Shown here: positions 9,901-19,106 of the stretch, piece after piece
Numbering within the stretch: position 1 is the stretch's first letter
Layout of the letters: each line of letters begins with the position of its first letter
NCBI GenBank assembly: GCA_965219455.1
Contig: OZ244744.1
Span: forward strand, 288,001 to 352,000
Reading direction: 5' to 3'
Length of the DNA: 64,000 nt
DNA from: Candidatus Latescibacterota bacterium
GTDB lineage: Bacteria > Latescibacterota > UBA2968 > GCA-2709665
Notes under the pieces: model-generated
Databases searched by the model: none
The model's input: only the letters and a program-made list of their open reading frames with translations
Told to the model about the DNA's origin: nothing
Translations under genes and position numbers: made by a program

Positions 9901-10847
9901 AGGAAACGAGCTACCGTCTCGAACGGCTTCAAGCAAACCCGCAGTGTGTCGAAAAGGAACGCCTCTCGCTGAAGCAGCGCACCGGACCCCGATACACCCT
10001 TCCGTTTACGCCTGCGCCAACTGCGCCCGAAATACTGGGATCCCAAACAAAGATTCCAGTTGCTATCGTCCGCGAGGAAGGCAGCAACGGCGACCGTGAA
10101 ATGGCCTCGGCGTTCCATGCGGCGGGCCTGGAACCCTGGGACGTGACCATGTCCGATCTTCAGGCCGATCGGATCCGACTGGACGCCTTTCAAGGCGTCG
10201 CCTTTGTAGGTGGATTCAGTTATGCCGACGTCTTGGACTCCGCCAAAGGCTGGGCCGGGGTCATCCGGTTCAGTCCGCGTCTCCGGGATCAGTTTCAATC
10301 GTTCTACGAACGGCCCGACACATTCAGTCTCGGAGTCTGTAACGGCTGCCAGTTGATGGCCCTGCTCGGATGGGTGCCCTGGCCGGGAATCGAGACCAGG
10401 GTCCAACCGCGCTTTGTCCAGAATACATCGGGGCGTTTTGAGTCTCGCTTCGTCACGGCGCAGATCCAGGAGAGTCCGGCGGTGATGCTCAGGCACATGG
10501 CCGGCACTTCCCTGGGCATCTGGGTTGCCCACGGTGAAGGCCGAATCCACTTCCCCAACCCCGAAACGCTGGAACGGGTCATGCAGAACGACCTGGCCCC
10601 CATCCGTTACGTCGACGACGGCAATCGAATAAGCGAGGACTATCCGTTCAACCCCAATGGCTCTCCCCACGGCATCGCCGCCCTCTGTTCTCCCGACGGA
10701 CGCCACCTTGCGATGATGCCGCATCCCGAACGGACGTTTTTGAAGTGGCAATGGGGTTGGATGCCTGAATCCTGGAAGAATTGCCTGAGCGCTTCGCCCT
10801 GGTTGCGGATCTTTCAGAACGCCCGGGAATGGTGCGAGGAAATATAG
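6924..10847 (+). CDS. purL: Phosphoribosylformylglycinamidine synthase, large single-chain type
   Basis: QSNSEHSRHWFF, ETHNFPT, IHDQGAGG, FLTNKVDRSVTG, GGKDSLSM, GATase GVCNGCQ and MMPHPER. Confidence 0.97.
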   Translation: MRLTVGLFHLYRTPHLSPTQTDTLLSQVRQNICYRVFRLETEACFNVELEGTLTSEERQRLAWLLSETFEPGKLNTTPFLGAGGTVIEVGPRLNFSTAWSTNAVSVCHACDLAKIRRIERSRRYLLIPGLTRDQRSAFLEMIHDRMTECEYGTPMATFETGAQPEPVSEVPLIQEGRPALERINKALGLAFDEWDLDYYTDLFLDHLQRNPTNVECFDIAQSNSEHSRHWFFRGRLTIDGEEMPEHLLGMIQQPLSANPGNSTIAFRDNASGIRGYPTRTILPARPGEPSPFAASVRDYDIIFTAETHNFPTGVAPFPGAETGTGGRIRDVHAAGRGSLVVAGTAAYCVGNLRIPDYEMPWEDQAFEYSDNFASPLRIEIEASNGASDYGNKFGEPLIQGYTRAFGLRLPNGQRREWIKPIMFTGGIGQIDARHTEKGSPEKKMWVVKLGGPAYRIGMGGGAASSMVQGENTAELDFNAVQRGDAEMEQKVNRVIRACVELGEDNPIVSIHDQGAGGNCNVLKEIVAPEGARIHVRALPVGDRSLSVLEIWGAEYQENDALLLHPRHEDAFKTLCRREKIQAAFVGHVTGNGRIVLYDEADNTTPVDLELDKVLGDMPRKNFELFRKPAELTPLHLPEEITVESALERVLRLVSVGSKRFLTNKVDRSVTGLVARQQCAGPLQLTVSDVAVIAQSHFGTTGAATAIGEQPVIGLLNPEAMARMSVGEALTNLVWAQVSALEDVKCSGNWMWAAKLPGEGAALYDAAKSLVDIMLKLGIAIDGGKDSLSMAALAPGSEGNGETVTAPGALVISAYVTCPDVTKTVTPDLKLPDEGHLLFIDLASGKTRLGGSALAQVFGQIGDTPPDVDDPGLLKRAFNAMQKLIAEKNVAAGHDRSDGGILTSLLEMAFAGNCGICIDLPTSSDPIASLFSEEMGLVFEVHARKVQHVLETLRAADVPCVPIGTTHADTSVHIAINGMSVLNDDMENLRDLWEETSYRLERLQANPQCVEKERLSLKQRTGPRYTLPFTPAPTAPEILGSQTKIPVAIVREEGSNGDREMASAFHAAGLEPWDVTMSDLQADRIRLDAFQGVAFVGGFSYADVLDSAKGWAGVIRFSPRLRDQFQSFYERPDTFSLGVCNGCQLMALLGWVPWPGIETRVQPRFVQNTSGRFESRFVTAQIQESPAVMLRHMAGTSLGIWVAHGEGRIHFPNPETLERVMQNDLAPIRYVDDGNRISEDYPFNPNGSPHGIAALCSPDGRHLAMMPHPERTFLKWQWGWMPESWKNCLSASPWLRIFQNAREWCEEI

Positions 10848-10968
10848 GGAAGGAACGAGGGCGGGACCTCGTGGCAAACGTACCGAAGCCTGTCATCGGA
10901 AGGGTCGACTAAGCAACGGCGTGGGCGCCGTATCCGTGCCGGGATGAATCGTTGAATAGGGGGGTGCG

Positions 10969-11814
10969 ATGGCTGCAACGGTTCTGGATGGAAAAAAACT
11001 TGCCAGAAAGATTGAAATTGAACTGAAACACCGGGTGGCACGCATCAGGGTAAGGGCTGGCGGTCAGGTCCCTGTCCTGGCCACCATCCTGGTCGGAGAC
11101 GACCCCGCCTCGGCCACCTACGTGCGAATGAAGGGCAACGCCTGCAAACGGGTGGGAATGGATTCTTTGAAGATCCTGCTTCCGGAAGAAACGTCCACAC
11201 GCGAACTCCTGGCCGAGATCGAGAAGCTCAACGCCGATCCCCACGTACACGGAATTCTACTACAGCACCCGGTTCCCGCCCACGTCCAGGAGCGGACGTG
11301 CTTCGACCGGATCTCGCTCGAGAAGGATGTGGATGGCGTCACGGTGCACGGATTTGGCCTTATGGCTATGGGTGCATCGGCATATGGGGCGGCGACACCC
11401 GCAGGCATCATGAAGCTTCTTCTGCATTATGATATCCCGCTGGAAGGCAGAAACGCCGTTGTCATCGGTCGAAGCCCTATTCTGGGCAAACCGATGGCCA
11501 TGATGCTGCTGAATGCAAACGCGACCGTGACCATCTGTCATTCCAGAACCCGAAATCTGCCCCGAATTCTCCGCTCGGCCGACATTGTCGTTGGCGCGGT
11601 AGGGCAACCGGAGTTCATCAAGGCCGACTGGATCGCAGGCAATGCCGTTGTCATCGATGCCGGTTACCATCCGGGCCCTGTCGGAGACGTGGAACTCCCG
11701 GCCGTTGTCCACAGATGCGCGGCCTACACCCCGGTGCCGGGTGGTGTTGGACCGATGACCATTGCCACGCTAATCACCCAGACCGTGGAATCCGCGGAGA
11801 GAAGTATCGCCTGA
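10969..11814 (+). CDS. folD: Bifunctional methylenetetrahydrofolate dehydrogenase/cyclohydrolase
   Basis: [40 protein letters not shown]. Confidence 0.97.
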   Translation: MAATVLDGKKLARKIEIELKHRVARIRVRAGGQVPVLATILVGDDPASATYVRMKGNACKRVGMDSLKILLPEETSTRELLAEIEKLNADPHVHGILLQHPVPAHVQERTCFDRISLEKDVDGVTVHGFGLMAMGASAYGAATPAGIMKLLLHYDIPLEGRNAVVIGRSPILGKPMAMMLLNANATVTICHSRTRNLPRILRSADIVVGAVGQPEFIKADWIAGNAVVIDAGYHPGPVGDVELPAVVHRCAAYTPVPGGVGPMTIATLITQTVESAERSIA

Positions 11815-11893
11815 TCCGGCCGCACGGACGCAAACGAACGCCGATCAGGCCTGTTTCACACGTCGCCCCGCTACCCCACTGCGCGCGACAGCC

Positions 11894-14800
11894 TCATCGC
11901 GCTTGCGTCCGCACGTCCCCCTCCAGCATTCGAATCACCAGAAGCGTCATATCGTCCGGCTGGGACGCATCTCCCTTGAAACGGTAAACGTCTTCGAGGA
12001 TTACCGAGACCAGGTCCCCGGCGCTTGCCCGAATATGCGCCTTGATCGTTCGTTCCAGCCGATCCGTCTCGTAGAACTCCCCGGCCACGTTTCTCATATC
12101 GGTCACGCCATCGCTGTAGAACACCAGCAAATCATGAGGTGCGACCTGGATGACGGCCTCGGCGTGCCCGCCGGGACTTCCCGGAGGCAACGCCATGCCC
12201 AGCGGAATGGACGGCAGGTGAATCGCGCGCAATTCATGAGCGCTGGCGCAATAATGGTACGGGAAGGGATGAGCGGCATTGATCAGCTGCACGCACCGTG
12301 TCTCAAGATCCAGCGTGCCAAGGCAGCAGGTGACAAAGCTGGCCTCATTCATCTGCTCCTTCAAATCCTCGTCCAGCCGCCTCGCTACCTCGTTCAGCGG
12401 CTTATTGCCTCGAAATTCGTATCGGAAAATGCCGCTTAACTGCATCGCGTGGACGGCCGCCTCCATCGCCTTTCCCGACACGTCTGCCGCGCCAAAGCCC
12501 AGTTTCCGGCGAGATTCGTCCAGCCAGAAATAATTGAAATAATCGCCACCGACGTGGTTCGCGGGCGCGCAGACTCCTGCAATTTCAAAAGAATCGTCTC
12601 GTATCGGGGCCGTAGGCAGCAGACCCATCTGCATCCTGTGCGCCTTCTGTAACTCGGATTCCAATTCGTGAATCTGGCGGGCCTGGGCCTCCTGCCACCG
12701 TCGGTGCCGTTGCAGCGCAACTCCGGACGAAACGCCAAGGGCCACGATTGAGAATACACTGAGCGCCACGAACCACGGACGCCGCCACACGGGTGCCAGA
12801 ACTACGAAATGATGCCGCGCGGGCGTAGGATCGATATTGAATTCCCGGTCCATCGCACGAACTTCAAAGGTATGACGCCCGGGATCGAGCCCGCTCAAAA
12901 GCGTATGATCTTCAGCTGCAAACGGGGTCCAGATTCCAGGCGTTCTGACCCGAACAAACGGCATCCAAACCTCTCCGTTGAGCCTCCACGCGTATTTCAA
13001 CTCATGTGTCGGTGTCTTTTTCCACGCGTCCCGACCGGAGAATTTGAACAGGACACTCTGGTAGGGCGCCACCTCGTTGGAAGGCATGGAAAGTGTGGTT
13101 TCAGGCGCATCGGTGTCCCGCGAATAACATCCCAGTCCCTTCTCAGTAGCAAACCATAACCGTCCGTCCCTGTCCTGCGCGATGTCCCACACACGGGCGC
13201 CAGGAAGGCCGCTTCGCGTCGTGTAACGCGTCCAGGTCTCACCATCGGTATGTACCGCCCCAATCGCAAGGGAGGCCAACCATAGTATCCCATCGTCATC
13301 CACGAAAAGCCGGTGTGCCCCCCCGAAAACCGTTTGATCTCCCTTGGGCACAGCCTCCCACATACCCTGATTGTACCGAAACATCCCCTTGAAGCGCGTT
13401 GCGGCCCAGACCGCGCCGTGCGCCTCCGCCAGCGCGATGACCGGCTCGCCAGGCAACCCGTCGACTGGCGCAAAAATCTGACGTTCACCGTCTCTCTCCA
13501 GAACCACACCGCCATCGGCGCCTAGCCAGAGAGCGCCGTCGGCGGACTCGTATACCGCACTCACGCCTCCTTCTATTTCCGGCGCATGCGCCAACCAATC
13601 CGTTCCATCGAATCGAAACAACCCACGCCGCGTGCCCACCCAAACGCCACCCGCAAGCGCGGGAAATATCGACAGAATACGAGACCTCGGGCCGGTTGCG
13701 GGCAGTTCGAACACCTTCCAGTCTGTCCCGTCAAAACTCAGCACCCGCCGACCGATCGCCGCCCACATCCTGCCGCCCTTTGCTCTCCTCAGATCTACGA
13801 CACGCCCGAACCCGGGACGGCGACGTCCACTACGAATTCGGTACGCCTTCTCCCAGGTCCCACGCTCAAAACCGTAAATCCCCTCTCCGGTGGCCGCCCA
13901 AAGGCGTCCATCGTCCGTTCGTTCAAGGGCGACGCCTCCCCTGTCATCCGCGCCCACCCACCGATTGTGGTGATCCCATCCCGTTGCGCCGTACCGCGCG
14001 ACACCCCACGCCGTTCCCACCCAGACGGTTCCGTCTCTGCCGACACGGACGGATGTGACCAGATTGCTGGGGAGGCCGTTCTCTTCCGTAAAAACCTGAT
14101 GAATCCGCCAGCGACCCCCGGCCGACGATTCCCTTTCAGATGTCGTGAATCGAACGACACCACCGACGGTTCCCACCCATACCGACCCATCAGGCGCCGA
14201 TGCGACGGACAGCACCCGATCCGCGGGCAATCCGTCAGCCGCAGCAAACACCTGCCAATTTACACCATCGTAACGCAATACTCCCCGGCTTTCGGTACCC
14301 AGCCAGACGGCGCCGTCGGTCGCCTGCGCCATCTCGGTCACCGCGCCTATCGCCAGTTCCCCGGGCGCAGCCACCTGCTTCCATTCTTTCGTCTCAGGGT
14401 CGAACCGGCTTACGCCCCGACCCGGCCCGCGTCTGGACGGGGGCGAAAACGCGCCCGGACGCCGCCCCGCGTACGCCGCCCACACGGCCCCGTCTTTCGA
14501 ACGAAACAGACATTGCACGTGGTTGGACGCCAGTCCATCCTCTTCGTCGATGGTCTTCCATTCGTCACCGGCATAGTGGAGTATACCCAAGCCCGCCGTT
14601 GCGAAACAGAGGCCGCCCTCTCCGACGCCGACAATCGGCCCCACGACGACGTCCGCAAGCTTTCCGGGCAGTTTGACTGGTTCCCACCGGTCGCCCGTCA
14701 GACGGGCGATGTGGTTTTCAGCCTGCCCGCGAAATCCGAGTCCCCCTGTGGCCCACAGGGTGCCGTTCTCCGCTTCGAAGAGCTCGCCGAAACTGCTGCC

Positions 14801-15031
14801 GGGCAACCCCTCTTCTTCGCCATAGGTGCGCCATGCTCGACCGTCATAGCGGGATATACCCTCCCGTGTGGCGAACCAGAGCGCGCCGTCTCGCGTCTCT
14901 ACGACTGCCGTCACCATGTTGTGGGCAAGTCCGTCTTCCTGTCGGTACACCGTCCAATCCAACTTCTGGCGGGCCGACAAGCACGGATGGATACCAAAAA
15001 AAAGAATCAAACCGATACAAACTCTTAACAT
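11894..15031 (-). CDS. Membrane sensor phosphatase: signal peptide, two-component-regulator beta-propellers, Y_Y_Y domain, TM helix, SpoIIE/PP2C domain
   Basis: Repeated DGL..N.V..DG.LW.GT..G blades; PVWRRPWF TM entry; VGGDYF, ADVSGK, YSDGVTD, QPDDMTL. Confidence 0.9.
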   Translation of the reverse strand: MLRVCIGLILFFGIHPCLSARQKLDWTVYRQEDGLAHNMVTAVVETRDGALWFATREGISRYDGRAWRTYGEEEGLPGSSFGELFEAENGTLWATGGLGFRGQAENHIARLTGDRWEPVKLPGKLADVVVGPIVGVGEGGLCFATAGLGILHYAGDEWKTIDEEDGLASNHVQCLFRSKDGAVWAAYAGRRPGAFSPPSRRGPGRGVSRFDPETKEWKQVAAPGELAIGAVTEMAQATDGAVWLGTESRGVLRYDGVNWQVFAAADGLPADRVLSVASAPDGSVWVGTVGGVVRFTTSERESSAGGRWRIHQVFTEENGLPSNLVTSVRVGRDGTVWVGTAWGVARYGATGWDHHNRWVGADDRGGVALERTDDGRLWAATGEGIYGFERGTWEKAYRIRSGRRRPGFGRVVDLRRAKGGRMWAAIGRRVLSFDGTDWKVFELPATGPRSRILSIFPALAGGVWVGTRRGLFRFDGTDWLAHAPEIEGGVSAVYESADGALWLGADGGVVLERDGERQIFAPVDGLPGEPVIALAEAHGAVWAATRFKGMFRYNQGMWEAVPKGDQTVFGGAHRLFVDDDGILWLASLAIGAVHTDGETWTRYTTRSGLPGARVWDIAQDRDGRLWFATEKGLGCYSRDTDAPETTLSMPSNEVAPYQSVLFKFSGRDAWKKTPTHELKYAWRLNGEVWMPFVRVRTPGIWTPFAAEDHTLLSGLDPGRHTFEVRAMDREFNIDPTPARHHFVVLAPVWRRPWFVALSVFSIVALGVSSGVALQRHRRWQEAQARQIHELESELQKAHRMQMGLLPTAPIRDDSFEIAGVCAPANHVGGDYFNYFWLDESRRKLGFGAADVSGKAMEAAVHAMQLSGIFRYEFRGNKPLNEVARRLDEDLKEQMNEASFVTCCLGTLDLETRCVQLINAAHPFPYHYCASAHELRAIHLPSIPLGMALPPGSPGGHAEAVIQVAPHDLLVFYSDGVTDMRNVAGEFYETDRLERTIKAHIRASAGDLVSVILEDVYRFKGDASQPDDMTLLVIRMLEGDVRTQAR

Positions 15032-15198
15032 TTGTCCTTACAACCCCTTCCGGGCCCCTGCACTTTGCGCGCTGTAAGTGTAAGCAAAAACCGAAAATGA
15101 ACTCAAATGGCGATTACAACGGGGATAACTCTGAAAACACGACGGCCGCCTTAAAAAAACAGACGACCGTACTCCACCCCAACAGGCAGCGGGTCTAA

Positions 15199-15315
15199 CA
15201 GTCCGTTGAAAAAGTCGCTCTGCAGGCGAGGTATCGTGTTCTGTCCCGGAAATAGATTGCCGAAATTCGGCCCCAAGAGCCGGCCGCAGACCGGATGGGC
15301 TTTTTCAACGGGCTG
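15199..15315. mobile_element. MITE-like element (family A), chimeric copy
   Basis: Terminal inverted repeats CAGTCCGTTGAAAAAG...CTTTTTCAACGGGCTG; ends match the reverse complement of 23548-23706; flanks CTAA/CCAA. Confidence 0.7.
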
Positions 15316-15322
15316 CCAAGTT

Positions 15323-15931
15323 TCAGGCGACCGTATCCACTTCCTGGATGATTCCGATCACATCGCGCAAAACGTCTACGGGTTTCCGTTCCCCGGCGAC
15401 CCTGCGTATCACATCGGCCGGAAAATAATCCAGCAGAGGGGCGGTTTCCCGCTCGAATTCCCGAAGCCGCCGCCTTATAACCGCTTCGCTGGCGTCGTCG
15501 AGCCGATTTTCTCTGAGCGCCCGGCGCAGCGCACGTGTGACCAGGACGTTGTCATCGGCTATATCCAGATAGATGAGCAAATTGAGGTCGATATAGTCCG
15601 CCATCATTTCGGCCTGGCGCAAGTTGCGTGGAATGCCGTCGAGAACAAGCACCTCCTCTTCCGGTCGGAAACCACCGTTATGAATGGCGCCTCGAATATG
15701 GTCCAGCCACAGTTGAACGGTGAACTGGTCCGGAACCAGCCGGCCCTTGCCCGAGTAGGCCAGAAAGATCTTGCCCAACTCACTGCTCGGATCCAGCGAC
15801 CTGAAAACGTCCCCGCAGGCCAGGTGGTGGAATCCCGGAATCTTCCCAAGTATTTTTCCCTGCGTCCCCTTGCCCGACCCGGGCGCGCCAACGACCAGAA
15901 TTGTCCGATGTTTTTCCGATTGATCAATCAT
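15323..15931 (-). CDS. adk: Adenylate kinase-family nucleoside monophosphate kinase (short LID type)
   Basis: P-loop GAPGSGKGTQ, GRLVPD, LDGIPRNLRQA, RLDD; GAGGAG RBS before ATG 15931. Confidence 0.8.
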   Translation of the reverse strand: MIDQSEKHRTILVVGAPGSGKGTQGKILGKIPGFHHLACGDVFRSLDPSSELGKIFLAYSGKGRLVPDQFTVQLWLDHIRGAIHNGGFRPEEEVLVLDGIPRNLRQAEMMADYIDLNLLIYLDIADDNVLVTRALRRALRENRLDDASEAVIRRRLREFERETAPLLDYFPADVIRRVAGERKPVDVLRDVIGIIQEVDTVA

Positions 15932-15976
15932 TCCGCCGCTCCTCGATACGTTCAGGCCTCTGGCCTTCGAAGTCAT

Positions 15977-16885
15977 TCAATCCGCGTCGAAGGCCTGCAG
16001 CTTTCCCATCTTTTCAAGCAGGACTTTCAACTGTTGCAGATCGCTCCCGCACAACCGGCTCACGGGTCGACGGGGCGGTCCTCCGGCGGCGCCCACCAGC
16101 TCGGCCCCGGCCTTGAGCATCGCCGGATGGGTTCCCAGCGAAAACGCGGATCGCAACGGGGCAATCCGCTTCTGGAAATCCAGGGCGCCTTCCGCGTCTC
16201 CGGCCCGGTACCGCTCGTAAACGCCGACACCCAGCTCGGGCGCCACATTGGCGCTAGCGGCAATTGCCCCTGCCGCGCCGTGGACAAGGGCGGCGTAGAT
16301 CAGTGTGTCGCGCCCCATGATAACTCGAAATCCTTCGGGAGCAAGCCGAAGGTAATCGATTGTCCGGGTAAAATCACCAGAACTGTCTTTAATGCCGATG
16401 ATATTGCCGAATGCTTCTGCCAGCCGCATCACCAGATCTACCGAGAGGCTGTTACCCGTTCTCGCCGGCAGATCGTACAAAAGCACCGGCAGGTCCACCG
16501 CGCGGGCGATTGCTCCAAAGTGGTTGTACATCTCTCCCTGATTGGGCGTGATAAAGAAAGGCGTGAGCACGGAAAGACAATCTGCCCCCGCCTCCTGTGC
16601 CGCTACCGCCAGCCGCACCGCCTCCGCTGTGCAATTCGCCGCCGTTCCCACATAAACCGGGACCCGTCCCGCTGTATAGCCCACGGTCCACTGGTAAAGC
16701 CGTATTTTCTCTTCCATGCTCAATGCCCAGGACTCCCCGGCGGTACCTCCGGCAAATACACCGTGCGCGCCTGCGGCGATCACGTAATTCAGCAGGCGCT
16801 CAAGGCCCGCTTCATCCAGCGCTTCGTCGCAGGTCATCGGGGTAATCAGTGCCGGTATAAGTCCGCGCACAAACGTGGTATCCAT
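15977..16885 (-). CDS. Dihydrodipicolinate synthase (DapA) family aldolase
   Basis: PALITP, GTAGES, LLYDLPARTG, IGIKDSSGD; GTAGE rather than GTTGE leaves the substrate uncertain. Confidence 0.85.
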   Translation of the reverse strand: MDTTFVRGLIPALITPMTCDEALDEAGLERLLNYVIAAGAHGVFAGGTAGESWALSMEEKIRLYQWTVGYTAGRVPVYVGTAANCTAEAVRLAVAAQEAGADCLSVLTPFFITPNQGEMYNHFGAIARAVDLPVLLYDLPARTGNSLSVDLVMRLAEAFGNIIGIKDSSGDFTRTIDYLRLAPEGFRVIMGRDTLIYAALVHGAAGAIAASANVAPELGVGVYERYRAGDAEGALDFQKRIAPLRSAFSLGTHPAMLKAGAELVGAAGGPPRRPVSRLCGSDLQQLKVLLEKMGKLQAFDAD

Positions 16886-17001
16886 TCCCACCCTCGCAAG
16901 GATCCGGCGCCACTCTTCTCGGGGGCAAGCTTTCGCCAAACGTATAGTATACAATCCTTCGTCGATGATGTCAAACCGAACCTGCCATGATCCTTTTGAT
17001 C

Positions 17002-17030
17002 TTGACTTTATACAAAAAAGATCTTATTTT
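17002..17030 (+). promoter_or_regulatory. Putative sigma70 promoter for greA
   Basis: TTGACT-N17-TATTTT in an AT-rich patch. Confidence 0.55.
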
Positions 17031-17182
17031 TAAGCATCTTAGAGACCATTTACGGATTCATCACCATCGTTTTCAGCGTACCCGGCGGGGCCGTCCGCAG
17101 ATCCGGACCCCCGATATTTTTTCTTAAAATTACCGCGCCCGCGAGTCCCTGAAATCCACAAACGAGGGAGTGAGACACGACA

Positions 17183-17656
17183 ATGGATCGGCTTTTCCTC
17201 ACAAAAGACGGTTACAAGAAGATCCGGACTGAACTGGAGCGCCTCAGAACCCGGGAACGGCCGGCGGTTATCGAGGCTCTCGCCAGAGCCCGGGAACATG
17301 GAGATCTGAGCGAGAACGCGGAATACCATAGCGCAAAAGAGCGACAGATGTTCGTCGAGAAGAAGATTGCCGAACTCCAGGACAAACTGGTTCGGTCTGA
17401 AATCATCGACGAGAGCCTCATGCCCAAGGATAAGGCCTATCTCGGCGCCACCGTCACGATAAAGGACCGCAGGACCGGGGAACAGATCCGCTATACCCTG
17501 GTATCGACCGACGAGGCCGATTTCGAACAGAACAAGATCTCAACACAATCCCCCGTTGGACGCGCTCTTCTGGGCAAAGGCGTTGGTGAGTACGTGGAAG
17601 CAAAGGTTCCGGTGGGCACACTCTCATATGAGATTCTGGATATCAGCAGGGATTGA
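17183..17656 (+). CDS. greA: Transcription elongation factor GreA
   Basis: AREHGDLSENAEYHSAKE, ISTQSPVGRALLGK. Confidence 0.97.
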   Translation: MDRLFLTKDGYKKIRTELERLRTRERPAVIEALARAREHGDLSENAEYHSAKERQMFVEKKIAELQDKLVRSEIIDESLMPKDKAYLGATVTIKDRRTGEQIRYTLVSTDEADFEQNKISTQSPVGRALLGKGVGEYVEAKVPVGTLSYEILDISRD

Positions 17657-17676
17657 CCAGCCGGTTCGAAAAATTC

Positions 17677-17714
17677 AACAAAGCAGAGGATGCATACGTC
17701 CTCTGCTTTGTTTT
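17677..17714. terminator. Intrinsic terminator between greA and rlmD (likely bidirectional)
   Basis: 14-bp inverted repeat AACAAAGCAGAGGA / TCCTCTGCTTTGTT running into a T tract. Confidence 0.8.
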
Positions 17715-17741
17715 GTCCATATCCTGCGACAAACCGGATCG

Positions 17742-19106
17742 TCAGGCTATATTTGTCAACCGTGCCACGACCTCACAGTGCGGCGTATGGGGAAACATAT
17801 CTACGAGCTGCACGTAGTCCGTCTTGTAACCCGCAGCCTCCAGCCGGTTCAGGTCCGTACCCAACGCCTCCGGATTGCACGAGACATACACGATGCGTTC
17901 CGGACGCAGATCACAGATCGCGGTTGTCGCCTTCAAATGCATACCCGGCCGCGGAGGATCGGTGATCACGGTTTCGAATCGTTCACCCTGCTCCCGGATC
18001 TGCCACAGAATGTCTTCAGCCGCACCCGCGATAAACCGGCAGTTGGACACGCCGTTTATTGCGCTGTTGCGAACCGCATCCCGAACCGCCCCTTCAACGG
18101 CCTCAATGCCCAGAACGTAGCCTGCCCTCCGCGACAAATACAACGAAATCGCGCCCGTTCCACAATACACGTCCAGAATTCGGTCGTCCGGACCCGGTTC
18201 AGCCAACTCAACCACCCGCCGGTAAAGATGCTGAGCCTGTCGGGTGTTGGTCTGAAAAAATGAACCCGGCGATATCTCGAATGTGAAATCCCCCAGTTTT
18301 TCTTTGACGGTACCCGTCCCCGCAAGCACCTCTTCACGGTCGCCGGTGGCCACCTGAGCCCGCCGCAGATTGACGTTTCGGATCACACTCTTTACCTCTG
18401 GAAACGTTTCCTCCAGCATCTTTCCCAATGTTTCCGCTTCGGGAAACGCCTCTCCCGACGTGGTCAAAACCACCATGGTCTCACCCGTCAGTTTACCCTC
18501 CCGTATGGTCAGAAATCTGAGCAGGCCTTCGTGCCGCTTTAAATGGTAGACGGAGAGTGACCTGGTAAAGCTCCGCACGCGTTCAACGATCCGGTTGGAC
18601 GTTTCCGACTGGAGATAACAGGCACCAAGGTCGAATACGCGGTCGAAACGCCCCCAAACGTGCAACCCCACCTCGTTCCGCCCGTCTGGCGACGAGCCAA
18701 AGGAGAATTCCATCTTGTTCCGGTAGAAAAAGGGTTCCTCGGAAGGCATCGGCGCGTCCGGTTCCGTATCAATTCCGGCTTCCACCAGGCAGGTCCGCAC
18801 CATGTCCTGCTTCAATCGAACCTGGGCTTCATAAGGAATATCCTGCCACAAACACCCGCCGCAGAGCCCGAAGTGAGAACACCTTGCACGGGTCCGCTGA
18901 ATTTCGGTGGAGAGAAGCTCCTCCAGCCTGGCTTCAGCGCGTCGCAACCGGTTTCTGACCTTGCGCACCCGCGCCCGGACCCGGTCACCAGGCACCGCGC
19001 CTCGCACCAGCAGGGTGTAGGCGCCCATCCGCCCCAAACCGTTTCCGCGTCGGTCCAACCGTTCGATGTCAATCTCTATCTGATCACCGCGCCTGGGTTT
19101 CAGCAC
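17742..19106 (-). CDS. rlmD: 23S rRNA (uracil-C5)-methyltransferase RlmD/RumA
   Basis: TRAM domain, CSHFGLCGGC Fe-S motif, FYRNKMEF, SFFQTN, DPPR, YVSCNP, DMFPHTPHCE; GTG start after GGAGG. Confidence 0.95.
   Translation of the reverse strand: MLKPRRGDQIEIDIERLDRRGNGLGRMGAYTLLVRGAVPGDRVRARVRKVRNRLRRAEARLEELLSTEIQRTRARCSHFGLCGGCLWQDIPYEAQVRLKQDMVRTCLVEAGIDTEPDAPMPSEEPFFYRNKMEFSFGSSPDGRNEVGLHVWGRFDRVFDLGACYLQSETSNRIVERVRSFTRSLSVYHLKRHEGLLRFLTIREGKLTGETMVVLTTSGEAFPEAETLGKMLEETFPEVKSVIRNVNLRRAQVATGDREEVLAGTGTVKEKLGDFTFEISPGSFFQTNTRQAQHLYRRVVELAEPGPDDRILDVYCGTGAISLYLSRRAGYVLGIEAVEGAVRDAVRNSAINGVSNCRFIAGAAEDILWQIREQGERFETVITDPPRPGMHLKATTAICDLRPERIVYVSCNPEALGTDLNRLEAAGYKTDYVQLVDMFPHTPHCEVVARLTNIA

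Noticed and set aside
10940-10952. 13-bp match to the family B repeat interior (CGGGATGAATCGT)
   Set aside because: Too short and without terminal repeats; a similar word occurs inside fusA, so it is likely chance.
10850-10968. Possible ZTP or THF riboswitch before folD
   Set aside because: Only a short ACGGCG/CGCCGT hairpin; the conserved ZTP elements (GACUGGCG...CGCCUGGG) are not present.
13586-15028. 480-aa plus-strand ORF
   Set aside because: Antisense shadow of the propeller-PP2C gene.
15206-16990. 594-aa plus-strand ORF
   Set aside because: Antisense to the adk-like and dapA-like genes and starts inside a MITE.
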